A stretch of DNA of 64,000 nucleotides from Escherichia phage ukendt. Where the stretch lies: the sequence record NC_052661.1. One strand, 5' to 3'. Positions 1 through 8,954 of this stretch are shown here, one piece after another. The position numbers and the translations under genes were made by a program. The notes under the pieces were generated by a model that was given only the letters and a program-made list of their open reading frames with translations, did no database searches and had not been told where the DNA came from. Positions within the stretch are counted from its first letter, which is position 1. Each line of letters opens with the position of its first letter.

Positions 1-183
1 AGCATTTTCATTTTCTTTGTCAACCCATTCTTCATAATTAGGCCATACATGAATCTCTACTCTACTTACAATATCTTCCATTCGCACAGTCCCAATGAAA
101 TACTCTTTGAGACTGCGCATAATGAAAGCTTCTCTCTCACGCCAATAATTTTCTATGACTTGAGAGGCAAGCTCGTCGATCAT
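1..183 (-). CDS. hypothetical protein, partial (runs off window start)
   Basis: Open minus-strand frame from ATG at 183 (MIDELASQVIENYW...) with no stop before position 1. Confidence 0.35.
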   Translation of the reverse strand, partial: MIDELASQVIENYWREREAFIMRSLKEYFIGTVRMEDIVSRVEIHVWPNYEEWVDKENENA

Positions 184-974
184 TTTTTAGCACCTACTTT
201 AACAACCCACTCTCCGAACTCTTCAGATAAGAGTTTGTCATAAAGCTCTGAATCTGTCAAGTCTAAATCTTTAATGCCAATAAAACCAACATTATCATAA
301 GCATTTGCCAGTTCTTTCAGGAAGCCAAACTTCTCATTACCAACGCCAACCATGAACCAATAAATAGGTTTATTCTTATTCTCTTCGATAAGACGACGAA
401 CAGCACTAGGATCACCATTCTCACCATCAGTCTGGAAGAATACAACACCAGGGGTAACGTCAGCACCTGGTTCAGATACAGCTACAACTTTTTCACGCTC
501 TACAGACACTGTTTCAGTTTTACCAAGCAGACGATTAAAGAAGCCTTTCTTTGGAGCCTCCTCTTGTACCACTTGTTTAGTGGTAATATATTTAGTAACA
601 GTGCCGAAATACTCATCGTAGATATCCGCCATTACAGGGGCGTAATTTGTTCCACCTCCGATACGAACATTACGCATACATTTACCAACATAGTCATCGT
701 AAACATCTGCTGTTGCTGGAGTAAGCTCTTGGGAACTCGTATTGAAGGCCCACATATCAATTTGTTGATTATCGTCGAACAGCATACCAAAAGGAAGCAG
801 TTTACCTACAAAATCACTCACTACCCCACTAGAATATAGACCATGCATACTACCAGAAATATCTAGAGCACATGCTACACGAAGAACAATCTTACCTTCG
901 TTCAGGTTCTTATTCTTTTTCAGAGAGAAAGCAAGGTTTTCTTGACGTTTTTTCAGGCTGATTTTCTCGGACAT
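180..974 (-). CDS. vWA-domain protein (TerY-like)
   Basis: 264 aa; MIDAS-like DISGSM motif near N-terminus. Confidence 0.5.
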   Translation of the reverse strand: MSEKISLKKRQENLAFSLKKNKNLNEGKIVLRVACALDISGSMHGLYSSGVVSDFVGKLLPFGMLFDDNQQIDMWAFNTSSQELTPATADVYDDYVGKCMRNVRIGGGTNYAPVMADIYDEYFGTVTKYITTKQVVQEEAPKKGFFNRLLGKTETVSVEREKVVAVSEPGADVTPGVVFFQTDGENGDPSAVRRLIEENKNKPIYWFMVGVGNEKFGFLKELANAYDNVGFIGIKDLDLTDSELYDKLLSEEFGEWVVKVGAKK

Positions 975-975
975 A

Positions 976-1320
976 TTATTTCTCCTTCTTAAGTGTAATA
1001 TTGGTAACTTCTAAATCTACTTCCACCATATTTGTATCTGGTGGGATGCAATGAGTATAGCCTCGTTGTGCTAGTGATCCATTAATACAGATCGCACTGT
1101 TTGTGGAATTTTTAATGAACACCAAGTTACGGTAGGTATCCAACCCTGCGTCTTCATAGGCATCATAATACATGAATGTGGCCCCTACGTCAAGATCTTC
1201 GAAAGCAATAGGTAAATCCTGACTTTTTTCTTCTTGAATATTGAATCTAAACACGCATACCTCCTCTACCAATTTTGAAGCCCAAATCGTAAGCTTCCTT
1301 AGTGATCTTTTGTAACTCAC
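976..1320 (-). CDS. hypothetical protein
   Basis: 114 aa ORF co-oriented in gene-dense minus block. Confidence 0.45.
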   Translation of the reverse strand: MSYKRSLRKLTIWASKLVEEVCVFRFNIQEEKSQDLPIAFEDLDVGATFMYYDAYEDAGLDTYRNLVFIKNSTNSAICINGSLAQRGYTHCIPPDTNMVEVDLEVTNITLKKEK

Positions 1321-1810
1321 TTATAGGAAGTGTTACAAGAGGATCATCTTCTTCAATTTCCATCTTGTCATCTTCTGTTTCAATGAGAGTATTATGCACT
1401 TTGTGATAAGGGTTGTCAACACGTTTAAACTTATTCTTTTCTGTGCTGAAAAAACAATCTGGATCTTCTTCACCATCACCCCAACCTTGATTAGGATCTC
1501 CGTCAGATTGTTCTGTAGGGATTTCACCTGTAAAGTACTCTTCCAGCACCATAGCAATACCGTCTCTTGGATTTGAGGAATGCATTAAATCACAAACCTT
1601 ACCCCAATCCGTAGCCCATTCGAACCGTTCACGAACGCCATTTTCACCCTCTTTTCCAGAGAAAACACAACCATAACTATCATAGTTGCCATACATCTCT
1701 TCAATAACAACACCGTCCTTCAAAAGAAAGAGGTAGCAAGGTGATCCGTCGAAAGAAGTAGAAAGGGCAGCTTTGCCCGATTCTTTGCACAAAAAGCTAA
1801 AACAACCCAT
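1247..1810 (-). CDS. hypothetical acidic protein
   Basis: 187 aa ORF, Asp/Glu-rich C-terminal half; overlaps next gene by 74 nt. Confidence 0.45.
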   Translation of the reverse strand: MGCFSFLCKESGKAALSTSFDGSPCYLFLLKDGVVIEEMYGNYDSYGCVFSGKEGENGVRERFEWATDWGKVCDLMHSSNPRDGIAMVLEEYFTGEIPTEQSDGDPNQGWGDGEEDPDCFFSTEKNKFKRVDNPYHKVHNTLIETEDDKMEIEEDDPLVTLPISELQKITKEAYDLGFKIGRGGMRV

Positions 1811-2013
1811 TACAAACCCTCCTTCAGATTATCAAGAGCTACAGTGGTTTCACAAGAGTCTCCATAAGTTTTATGATGTTCCAGAAAAGCTTCGGGTCCA
1901 CCCCAGTCATTATCTTGTGTATTCCAGCCATCAATAAAAGCATCTTCAATGATTGTGATCAGTTCTTGTCGGGTTAACTGGATAATATTAGGATCGTTAT
2001 CGTAGTTAAACAT
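1810..2013 (-). CDS. hypothetical protein
   Basis: 67 aa ORF, start overlaps upstream stop. Confidence 0.5.
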   Translation of the reverse strand: MFNYDNDPNIIQLTRQELITIIEDAFIDGWNTQDNDWGGPEAFLEHHKTYGDSCETTVALDNLKEGL

Positions 2014-2179
2014 CTTCTTCCTCCTCTAAAATATGGAACCCGTAATTACAATAATCCTGAAAGGTTTCGTGCGCAAGATCTTCTATATCCTCTTGAGACA
2101 TATCATCTTCAATTTCGATATCCACAACCTCATTGCATCCACACCAAGCAGTTTCAATATTCACTCGTAATATTTTCAT
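2006..2179 (-). CDS. hypothetical small protein
   Basis: 57 aa ORF not in track; ATG at 2179 overlaps stop of upstream gene (TAATG), acidic C-terminus. Confidence 0.3.
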   Translation of the reverse strand: MKILRVNIETAWCGCNEVVDIEIEDDMSQEDIEDLAHETFQDYCNYGFHILEEEEDV

Positions 2180-2379
2180 TACTCCTCCTCCTCCTCATTG
2201 AAGTCAATATCTGCAAGGAGTTCGAATTTACGGAAGTTACGACAACCTTCATAAATATAACAATCACGACAAACTGCTAGAACACTTGGGGGATATATAC
2301 CTCCCATCGGTGCGAATCGTTTTTCGTCATCATAACGGACACCAATGTCTTCATCAATTATATAGATACGGATTCTCAT
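2179..2379 (-). CDS. hypothetical protein
   Basis: 66 aa ORF ending in EEEEE. Confidence 0.45.
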   Translation of the reverse strand: MRIRIYIIDEDIGVRYDDEKRFAPMGGIYPPSVLAVCRDCYIYEGCRNFRKFELLADIDFNEEEEE

Positions 2380-3488
2380 TTACCAAGCCCTCGTTTCACA
2401 GCAGCTACCATCCCGTCTTCCAGAGATTGAACTTCATTAATATAATCAACACGAGCAGCACGGGCTTCCGTATTGATGCGGTTAGTTTCTTCCAACATCT
2501 TAACCAAGTTTTCCTGATCGTGACGCAGAGTTTCAATATCCAACACTTGACGGTTAGCCAGTGCTGCTGCTTCGATCTGATTCTGTGTGGCAAGATCGCT
2601 ACCCAGTTTAATTGCCAGGTTAAATTCATCAAGAACGTTATTCTGCGTCTCTGCTGCTTTCATTTGACGTAAGCTCTCGATATACATTGAGAAGTTAGCA
2701 GAGTAAGCAGGAATAACATTATTTACTATGTTACGCGCAGATCGCATTAAGCTTGCAGAAACTTTTTGCATACCTTGTACACGCGGTCCCATTTGGACAC
2801 ACAGTAGGCGCAATGCTTTTAAATCTGCAATACGAATCTCCAGAAGATCCAAAGTATCCCGGATCACTTGTCGCTGTTCTACTGCATCTTCTGGAAGAGC
2901 AGCCAAAGCTTGTTCTTCTTTTTCATAGGTTGCTGTTAGAAGCTGCATATCTCGGTTCAAACTTGCAGCATATTGTCCAATAGCTTGATGTAGCTTTTCA
3001 AGATATACCAAGGAATCTTCTTCTTTGCGAATATCCATTTGAAGGTTCTTTACCAACTCTTCAATACGGTTATTAACATTATCAAACTCCCCGAACAGGT
3101 CTTCTTTCATACCCATAACTTTTTTAATGAGTTTAGTAATACCTTTGCTTTGTTTAATAGAGTTTGGATCAAGTTGTTTTGCCTGTTTAATCAAAGCTGT
3201 GAGTCGTTCACTCATCTGATCGCCTTGATTACTACGTTGATGTTTTAATACCTCGGCATTCAAGGAACGCAAGGTTGTTCCTGCCTCTGCCCCAATCTCT
3301 TCGATCTCTTGTCGGGTCATAGAAGGCAAAACTGGAACTTCTTGCGGTGCTGCTGGTGCGTAAACAGGACTGGCATCTAACACGCTTGGAGCGAATACAG
3401 ATTTACTTGCATCTGTTGTTGCAGCAAATACGCTCATTTCAGGCTTCTTCTGACCACCAGTAGCTGCTTTTAAAAATGGACTTGTCAT
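2376..3488 (-). CDS. TelA-like (toxic anion resistance family) coiled-coil protein
   Basis: 370 aa, long heptad-rich helical regions, Ala/Pro-rich N-terminus; family call from overall resemblance only. Confidence 0.4.
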   Translation of the reverse strand: MTSPFLKAATGGQKKPEMSVFAATTDASKSVFAPSVLDASPVYAPAAPQEVPVLPSMTRQEIEEIGAEAGTTLRSLNAEVLKHQRSNQGDQMSERLTALIKQAKQLDPNSIKQSKGITKLIKKVMGMKEDLFGEFDNVNNRIEELVKNLQMDIRKEEDSLVYLEKLHQAIGQYAASLNRDMQLLTATYEKEEQALAALPEDAVEQRQVIRDTLDLLEIRIADLKALRLLCVQMGPRVQGMQKVSASLMRSARNIVNNVIPAYSANFSMYIESLRQMKAAETQNNVLDEFNLAIKLGSDLATQNQIEAAALANRQVLDIETLRHDQENLVKMLEETNRINTEARAARVDYINEVQSLEDGMVAAVKRGLGK

Positions 3489-4075
3489 TCTTCATTCTCC
3501 TCTTCTGCATCTCTTATATATGGTGAAACACCGTACTCTTTAGCTACTTTAACCCAATCGTCCCATTTATACAACCATAATTTTCCTTCGGTCCCTTCTT
3601 TATCTGATTTCAACCACATATTAGGTTGCTTACCTGGGTACATGCGATTAGGTTTACGATTATAACCTCTAACACATCTTGTCGCAAACCTATCTACCAG
3701 AACAAGAACATATTTATACTCGTGGTTCAACGGCTCTTTGGAAGTGGCTTTAGGATTAGCCCCTAATTCTGCTGCCAGTTTTTGCCAATGAGCACCGTGC
3801 CTACTAAACTTACCCATACAACCATCAATAGCATGAGCAATTTCGTGCTTCATTGTATCCACGATCATATCTCTTGTGGAGTTCTTATGCAAGTGCCAAT
3901 TTACAACAACAATTTTATCTCGGTAGTTGCACCAACCGAAAGAGTTATTCACTTTGTTTCTAACACAAGCTTTATATCCTGCTTCACGTAACATGTTGTA
4001 GTAAACAGGAAAATCTTCTTTTATTTCCTGCATCACTTCCCACCACAAGAGTTGCAAGTCTCTCTCGGTATGCAT
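3485..4075 (-). CDS. SprT-like zinc metallopeptidase
   Basis: 196 aa; HEIAH zinc-binding motif. Confidence 0.55.
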   Translation of the reverse strand: MHTERDLQLLWWEVMQEIKEDFPVYYNMLREAGYKACVRNKVNNSFGWCNYRDKIVVVNWHLHKNSTRDMIVDTMKHEIAHAIDGCMGKFSRHGAHWQKLAAELGANPKATSKEPLNHEYKYVLVLVDRFATRCVRGYNRKPNRMYPGKQPNMWLKSDKEGTEGKLWLYKWDDWVKVAKEYGVSPYIRDAEEENEE

Positions 4076-4078
4076 AAC

Positions 4079-4672
4079 TTACACCTTAAAAGCGAAATGC
4101 GTGGTCGTGGCTTCAAAATCAGGGCCAGATAAACTTGCACTGAAATCTGAAATATTTGTAATTAAAAAGCTTTTATACATACCTAACACAGCCACGCTTT
4201 CAATATCTTCTACTAACATTTCAATCATGTTAGAAACATGGCTGAACGTATAGTTTTGTTTTTTGATGGTGTAGAAAGAAAGACTCCCACCTGCTGTATA
4301 AGATACCTCTTCAAAATCTTTAATCGTATATTGTGTGCCATCAGTAAAGAAAATGGTAGCTTTATTAGTAGCACGTTTCTTGTTTTTTGGTCCTTTTTTA
4401 CGTTTACTGCGAGTAGGCAAACCGTTTGGAAATACTGTAGCTACAAATTCTTCAGGAGAAACCTCCTTACCGAAATCATAACCGTAAGAAACAGCGTCTA
4501 TAAACTCGTCGTCTTCATTTTTAAAATAATGAAAATAGGGCCAATTTGAGAGATTATCGAGCATCTTATGCTCATCCACAGCAGAGAACGTATCCCTCAA
4601 AGCACGTGTGATTTGCAAAGCATTAGGCAAACTTTTAACACCTGTAATGGAAGTACGAATAGAAATTGTCAT
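4079..4672 (-). CDS. hypothetical protein
   Basis: 197 aa ORF with basic patch RSKRKKGPKNKKR. Confidence 0.5.
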   Translation of the reverse strand: MTISIRTSITGVKSLPNALQITRALRDTFSAVDEHKMLDNLSNWPYFHYFKNEDDEFIDAVSYGYDFGKEVSPEEFVATVFPNGLPTRSKRKKGPKNKKRATNKATIFFTDGTQYTIKDFEEVSYTAGGSLSFYTIKKQNYTFSHVSNMIEMLVEDIESVAVLGMYKSFLITNISDFSASLSGPDFEATTTHFAFKV

Positions 4673-4686
4673 TGTTTTTCTCCTTA

Positions 4687-5124
4687 TTAACGTCGCTTGC
4701 TACGAGATGAACTCTTTTTACTTAAAGGGCTATTGTAAGATTTACGAGTTGTATAGCTACTATTTGTTTTAAAAGTTTGTCTCGGATTTTCATAAGTTTT
4801 TATCTCTTGTTTAGGCTTACCATAAAAATTAGTTTTCGGTTTAGGTGTATTATAATGCTTATTAATAATCGTTCTGTTATCGTTATAATCCCCACTGTTA
4901 CGATTACTACCACCACTCATCATATGCCCTAACAACATACCTGTAGCAAACTCACCAACACCGCTACTACTAGAACCGCCACCATTGTTGATAATAGTTG
5001 TATCTCCGTCAGATCCTTGTTGAGCGTATTGTTGAGGAGGTTGTTGGTATTGTGCAGGATTTGTTTCATCCTCGCAAGCTGTTAAAAAGATACAACCAAT
5101 TAAAATCAGGGCTAGTTTTTTCAT
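4687..5124 (-). CDS. lipoprotein, Gly/Ser-rich
   Basis: Start placed at internal Met giving signal peptide MKKLALILIGCIFLTAC with lipobox; RBS GAGGAA upstream. Confidence 0.55.
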   Translation of the reverse strand: MKKLALILIGCIFLTACEDETNPAQYQQPPQQYAQQGSDGDTTIINNGGGSSSSGVGEFATGMLLGHMMSGGSNRNSGDYNDNRTIINKHYNTPKPKTNFYGKPKQEIKTYENPRQTFKTNSSYTTRKSYNSPLSKKSSSRSKRR

Positions 5125-5311
5125 ATTTGCTTTCCTCATTTTGACTATTAATACATCTGTGTTTGAAATCTCCAGAGAAGCAATAAAGTTGCTCTCCATC
5201 TCGGTATAAACTCACTTTACTGCCGTTGATTACGCTTGTCAATACAAAAATTACAACAAACAACCCTATTGCAAAACAAATATTTTCAAACACAATCAAC
5301 AAGTATTTCAT
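5066..5311 (-). CDS. hypothetical membrane protein
   Basis: 81 aa ORF with hydrophobic N-terminus; start overlaps upstream stop. Confidence 0.35.
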   Translation of the reverse strand: MKYLLIVFENICFAIGLFVVIFVLTSVINGSKVSLYRDGEQLYCFSGDFKHRCINSQNEESKYEKTSPDFNWLYLFNSLRG

Positions 5312-5658
5312 TTTAAAAATACCTCATCATCAGTTTCATTATCCCAGAAGAACAAATCCCAACCATTCGGATCATTCCATTTGGCTGCTGGAGAAGTCCA
5401 TATTTGTTCGATATCAATATTCAAAACTTCACCGTTTCGTTTTGAAACAGCTTTAGTTAATTCCCAACGAGATACAGGCTCTACTTCCCCTGAACCACTC
5501 CCACAACAAGCTACCACGTTAGGAGGCAAATTAATTGGATCTTTGGTCACGATCATAACGCTTACCCCAGGGTAAACTTTTGAAAGATAATCTAAAACGT
5601 AATCCACATCACCAGATAAATCCCAAACAAGTTCTTGAATTTCATCAAAATTATTCAT
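5308..5658 (-). CDS. hypothetical protein
   Basis: 116 aa ORF, RBS AGGAGA upstream. Confidence 0.5.
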   Translation of the reverse strand: MNNFDEIQELVWDLSGDVDYVLDYLSKVYPGVSVMIVTKDPINLPPNVVACCGSGSGEVEPVSRWELTKAVSKRNGEVLNIDIEQIWTSPAAKWNDPNGWDLFFWDNETDDEVFLK

Positions 5659-5669
5659 AAGTCTCTCCT

Positions 5670-5696
5670 ATAAAATAGCCTCCCGAAGGAGGCTCA
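5670..5696 (-). terminator. rho-independent terminator after terC
   Basis: AGCCTCC-cgaa-GGAGGCT hairpin followed by a U-rich tract on the minus strand. Confidence 0.5.
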
Positions 5697-5700
5697 TCTA

Positions 5701-6675
5701 TTAAACAGCAGCTTCTTCTTTTTCAGGGAAGATAAAGCTTGCAATAACACCAAGAGCTAATGTGCCTAGAACAATCATCAGACTTACGTTAGGGGAAATA
5801 TCATGCGGGAGGAATGACCACTTGGCATGAAGTGTTTCACCGAACGGGTGATACATAAGTTTAGCACCGACAAATACCAGAACCACAGCAACAGCTTTCT
5901 CTAAGTGAACCAGATATTTCACAGCTACACTTAACACAAAGAAAAGTGCACGTAAACCAAGAACAGCCATCAGCATTGCAGAATAAACTAGCAGAGGTTC
6001 TTGTGTCACACCAATAACAGCCGGAACTGAATCAAAAGAGAACACAATATCTGTAAGCTCAATAACAAACACACAAAGAAGAGCAGGAGTTGCATATTTA
6101 ATACCATTCTTAATGGTAATGAACTTTTCACCATCCAGTGCGTTGTGCACAGGCAGAACTTTACCTACTAAACGAACAGCCCAATGTTTAGAGTAATCAA
6201 TATCTTCTTCTTCGTCACCACCTTTGATAATAGCAACGGCAGACCAAGCTACAATCAGACCGAACAACACTTGGACCGACCAATGCAGGTTAAACAAAGC
6301 TGTCCCTGCTGCAACAAAAACACCTCGGAAGACAATGGCACCTGCAATACCCCAAAGTAAAATCTTATGTTGGAGATGTGTGCTCTTAATTCCAAAGCTT
6401 GCAAAAATTGCCATGAACACCATTAGGTTATCTACAGAAAGACTCTTTTCCAACACATATCCACTTAGGAAAAGTGCGGCAAACTCTTTACCATGCTCTA
6501 CCCAAATGAATGCGTAATATCCTAAAGCTAAAGCAATCCAAAAAACAGACCAAAGCAAAGCAGATTTAATTCCAATTTCTTTATTCTCTTTATGACCAAA
6601 GAAATCGATACCAATAGACAATGCCAAAATACCAACTAAAACAACTACATCAATAATTGGGAAACCGAGTTGCAT
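5701..6675 (-). CDS. terC: TerC-family integral membrane protein
   Basis: 324 aa multi-pass membrane protein with EKSLSVDN and ELTDIVFSFDSVPAV motifs typical of TerC. Confidence 0.7.
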   Translation of the reverse strand: MQLGFPIIDVVVLVGILALSIGIDFFGHKENKEIGIKSALLWSVFWIALALGYYAFIWVEHGKEFAALFLSGYVLEKSLSVDNLMVFMAIFASFGIKSTHLQHKILLWGIAGAIVFRGVFVAAGTALFNLHWSVQVLFGLIVAWSAVAIIKGGDEEEDIDYSKHWAVRLVGKVLPVHNALDGEKFITIKNGIKYATPALLCVFVIELTDIVFSFDSVPAVIGVTQEPLLVYSAMLMAVLGLRALFFVLSVAVKYLVHLEKAVAVVLVFVGAKLMYHPFGETLHAKWSFLPHDISPNVSLMIVLGTLALGVIASFIFPEKEEAAV

Positions 6676-6692
6676 TCTTTTCTCCTCTCTTT

Positions 6693-6751
6693 GCGGGGAA
6701 CTATTCCCCGCTTCATGTGATATATCTTACTCTTTTTAAGAACTATGTCAA
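6693..6751 (-). promoter_or_regulatory. cassette-type promoter + 5' hairpin driving terC
   Basis: On the minus strand: TTGACA, 16 nt, TAAGAT, then ACATGAAGCGGGGAATAGTTCCCCGC hairpin, RBS, ATG at 6675. Confidence 0.55.
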
Positions 6752-6754
6752 CAC

Positions 6755-6976
6755 TTATTTTGTTGAATGAGAGGAAAAGATTCCTCGTAATACCGCCAGA
6801 ATAAACGAAACACAAACCACGGTCCAGAAGGTTACTGGGACAGTGATATCTGCATGACCCATAACTTCAGCAACATAGTTGTAAGCCAGCAACAGTAACC
6901 AAGCTGGAATCAAACTAAGCATAAAAGCAATAACAAAAAAGCTTACCACTGCAACAATACCTGCAAAAACACCCAT
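6755..6976 (-). CDS. small membrane protein
   Basis: 73 aa, two hydrophobic segments. Confidence 0.5.
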   Translation of the reverse strand: MGVFAGIVAVVSFFVIAFMLSLIPAWLLLLAYNYVAEVMGHADITVPVTFWTVVCVSFILAVLRGIFSSHSTK

Positions 6977-6988
6977 ACTAATCTCCTC

Positions 6989-7462
6989 TTAAAGTTTATA
7001 AATAGTCACATCGTGACCTGTTTTTACTAAAGTTTCTTCAATCATCACTTGGATGATAGCCCAATTACCTCCAGCATATCCAGCGCCAATCATAGGTAAG
7101 CCGATCTTACATTTTTGGTCACGGAGAAGCAAATCATTAGCCATAGCTATTAGTGCATCGTAAAGTGCATCATAGTCCAACTGACGACCTTTAGCATTGT
7201 ATCCGTAACGGTATTGTCCGTATAGATTATATACCAAAGGGTCTGATTGTTCGTCTGGCAACCCTAAACTAAAAGAACCTAACTTACTTTGATCACCAGC
7301 CATTGTGTCTAAATCTGCCGCATATGCATAAGGGAATGCTCGTTTAATTTGCGGAGCAATTCCTGCTCCCATATTACACATACAATTGCAACAATGAGCA
7401 ATAACAGTTACTTCTCCTGCTTTAGCGGCATCAATAAGATTACCTGTTTTCATTTTAAGCAT
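6989..7462 (-). CDS. macro-domain protein (ADP-ribose binding/hydrolase)
   Basis: 157 aa; VIAHCCNCMCNMGAGIA and IGLPMIGAGYAGG match the two macro-domain Gly-rich loops. Confidence 0.6.
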   Translation of the reverse strand: MLKMKTGNLIDAAKAGEVTVIAHCCNCMCNMGAGIAPQIKRAFPYAYAADLDTMAGDQSKLGSFSLGLPDEQSDPLVYNLYGQYRYGYNAKGRQLDYDALYDALIAMANDLLLRDQKCKIGLPMIGAGYAGGNWAIIQVMIEETLVKTGHDVTIYKL

Positions 7463-7476
7463 TTTTTAGCTCCTTA

Positions 7477-8304
7477 TTACAGAATATGTTGTTTTGTGTA
7501 ACGATCCAAGAATTCAAAGTTTTCAGCATACTTTGAAATTCGGTTGTAACCTTCTCCCAAACATCCAAAGAAAAGTTGCTCTACATAGTAGTGTGGCAAT
7601 TGGCTAAGAATGATTTTGAAGTCTTCGTGATTTTGGCCCATAAGATACTTAATAGGACGAACAAGGCACTGTGCATCACGTTCTTCATTAATCATTTTAA
7701 CAAACGCTTCTGGTGTATTGATGTAGTTAAAATTCAGTTTAGCTTCAGTATCTGCTTGATTACCTTCATATTTTGCAAAATACAAGAAGTAAACATCATT
7801 TTTAACTTGATTTTCATCAAGAATCTCAATCAGTTTGTCTTCATGAGTTCCGGTGATATTTACATCATCAATGAACACAAGCTTCTTATCACCCCAGAAT
7901 TCTTTGTTGCAGTAGAATGTATCCCCATCAATAAGTTTCTTACGACTAGCTTTATCCAAGAAACCATAATCGTTGATATAGCTAACTTTACGATGAATAA
8001 TATCCAGTTCTGCTGAACGACCTTGATCATATTGTGCTTGCAACATATTAAAGTAATTAATAAAATGATCTGTCATCATTGTTGCAGCATTATGCACATG
8101 GTTATAAGGAGAAGGGATGATAACAAATTGTTCCCCAATATGTTTCATTGCCACTTGAGCAAAAAACTGAAGTGCCAATTCTTTACCCATACGACGCGCA
8201 GCCTGGTTACTACCAAATTTCAATTTTGAATAGTCTTTGATATCAAAAGTAGCAGTTTCCAGGTCATCAAATTTATTTGCAAAAATTTGAGTTTGATTAC
8301 GCAT
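7477..8304 (-). CDS. type I phosphoribosyltransferase-fold protein
   Basis: 275 aa; PRPP-binding loop KLVFIDDVNITGT. Confidence 0.5.
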   Translation of the reverse strand: MRNQTQIFANKFDDLETATFDIKDYSKLKFGSNQAARRMGKELALQFFAQVAMKHIGEQFVIIPSPYNHVHNAATMMTDHFINYFNMLQAQYDQGRSAELDIIHRKVSYINDYGFLDKASRKKLIDGDTFYCNKEFWGDKKLVFIDDVNITGTHEDKLIEILDENQVKNDVYFLYFAKYEGNQADTEAKLNFNYINTPEAFVKMINEERDAQCLVRPIKYLMGQNHEDFKIILSQLPHYYVEQLFFGCLGEGYNRISKYAENFEFLDRYTKQHIL

Positions 8305-8953
8305 TTACAATTTCTCCTCTTTTAAGTTTCTCTAGTAAGTCGTTAGGGTTCTTAATATGACAGAAGTTAAATCCTAAGTCAACACATTTTCCATCATATT
8401 CTTCACTATCGCCTACGTGCAATACTTCGTGCCCTAACAGAGGGACCGGAGAATACGTGAGCGTGCGAGCAAAGAATCGCGGATCTGGTTTACAAAGTAA
8501 AGCTTCATCCGAGAAATGGGTGAACTCAAAACAATTCCAACTATCAAACTTACAAGCACGACGCAGGATATCCCCTGATATGAAGTTGGTATTGCTCTTA
8601 ATACTCAAATCATAACGCCCCGAAAGATACAGCAAGTACATCGGCAGATCCACGGCTACGTGTGGTGGAAACTTAAGGAACCACTGTTCACACTCGAAAC
8701 GAAGCTTTGCAGACTTCCAAGGCGTTATCCCAAGTTCAGAACCAAGTCTTTCCCAAGCGTATGCTGCACACTCGGCTTTGCCTTGAAGTGCTGCATTATC
8801 CAGTTCCTTTTTGATCTTCTTATAAGCTGCTCTTGCTTCCACTTCCGTAATATCTCCATATTTTGCGATAGTCCAGGCTCGCATGTCTGCGTAATTGGAG
8901 TTTGCTGTGATCAGTGTGTTCCATACATCAAAAGAGATATGTTTAATAGTCAT
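8297..8953 (-). CDS. HAD-superfamily hydrolase
   Basis: 218 aa; N-terminal FDVWNTL (DxD-type) and C-terminal HVGDS motifs. Confidence 0.5.
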   Translation of the reverse strand: MTIKHISFDVWNTLITANSNYADMRAWTIAKYGDITEVEARAAYKKIKKELDNAALQGKAECAAYAWERLGSELGITPWKSAKLRFECEQWFLKFPPHVAVDLPMYLLYLSGRYDLSIKSNTNFISGDILRRACKFDSWNCFEFTHFSDEALLCKPDPRFFARTLTYSPVPLLGHEVLHVGDSEEYDGKCVDLGFNFCHIKNPNDLLEKLKRGEIVNA

Positions 8954-8954
8954 A

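Noticed and set aside
564-2672. Plus-strand ORFs 564..839, 1394..1576 and 2286..2672
   Set aside because: All are antisense to longer minus-strand genes with recognisable domains in a uniformly minus-strand block.
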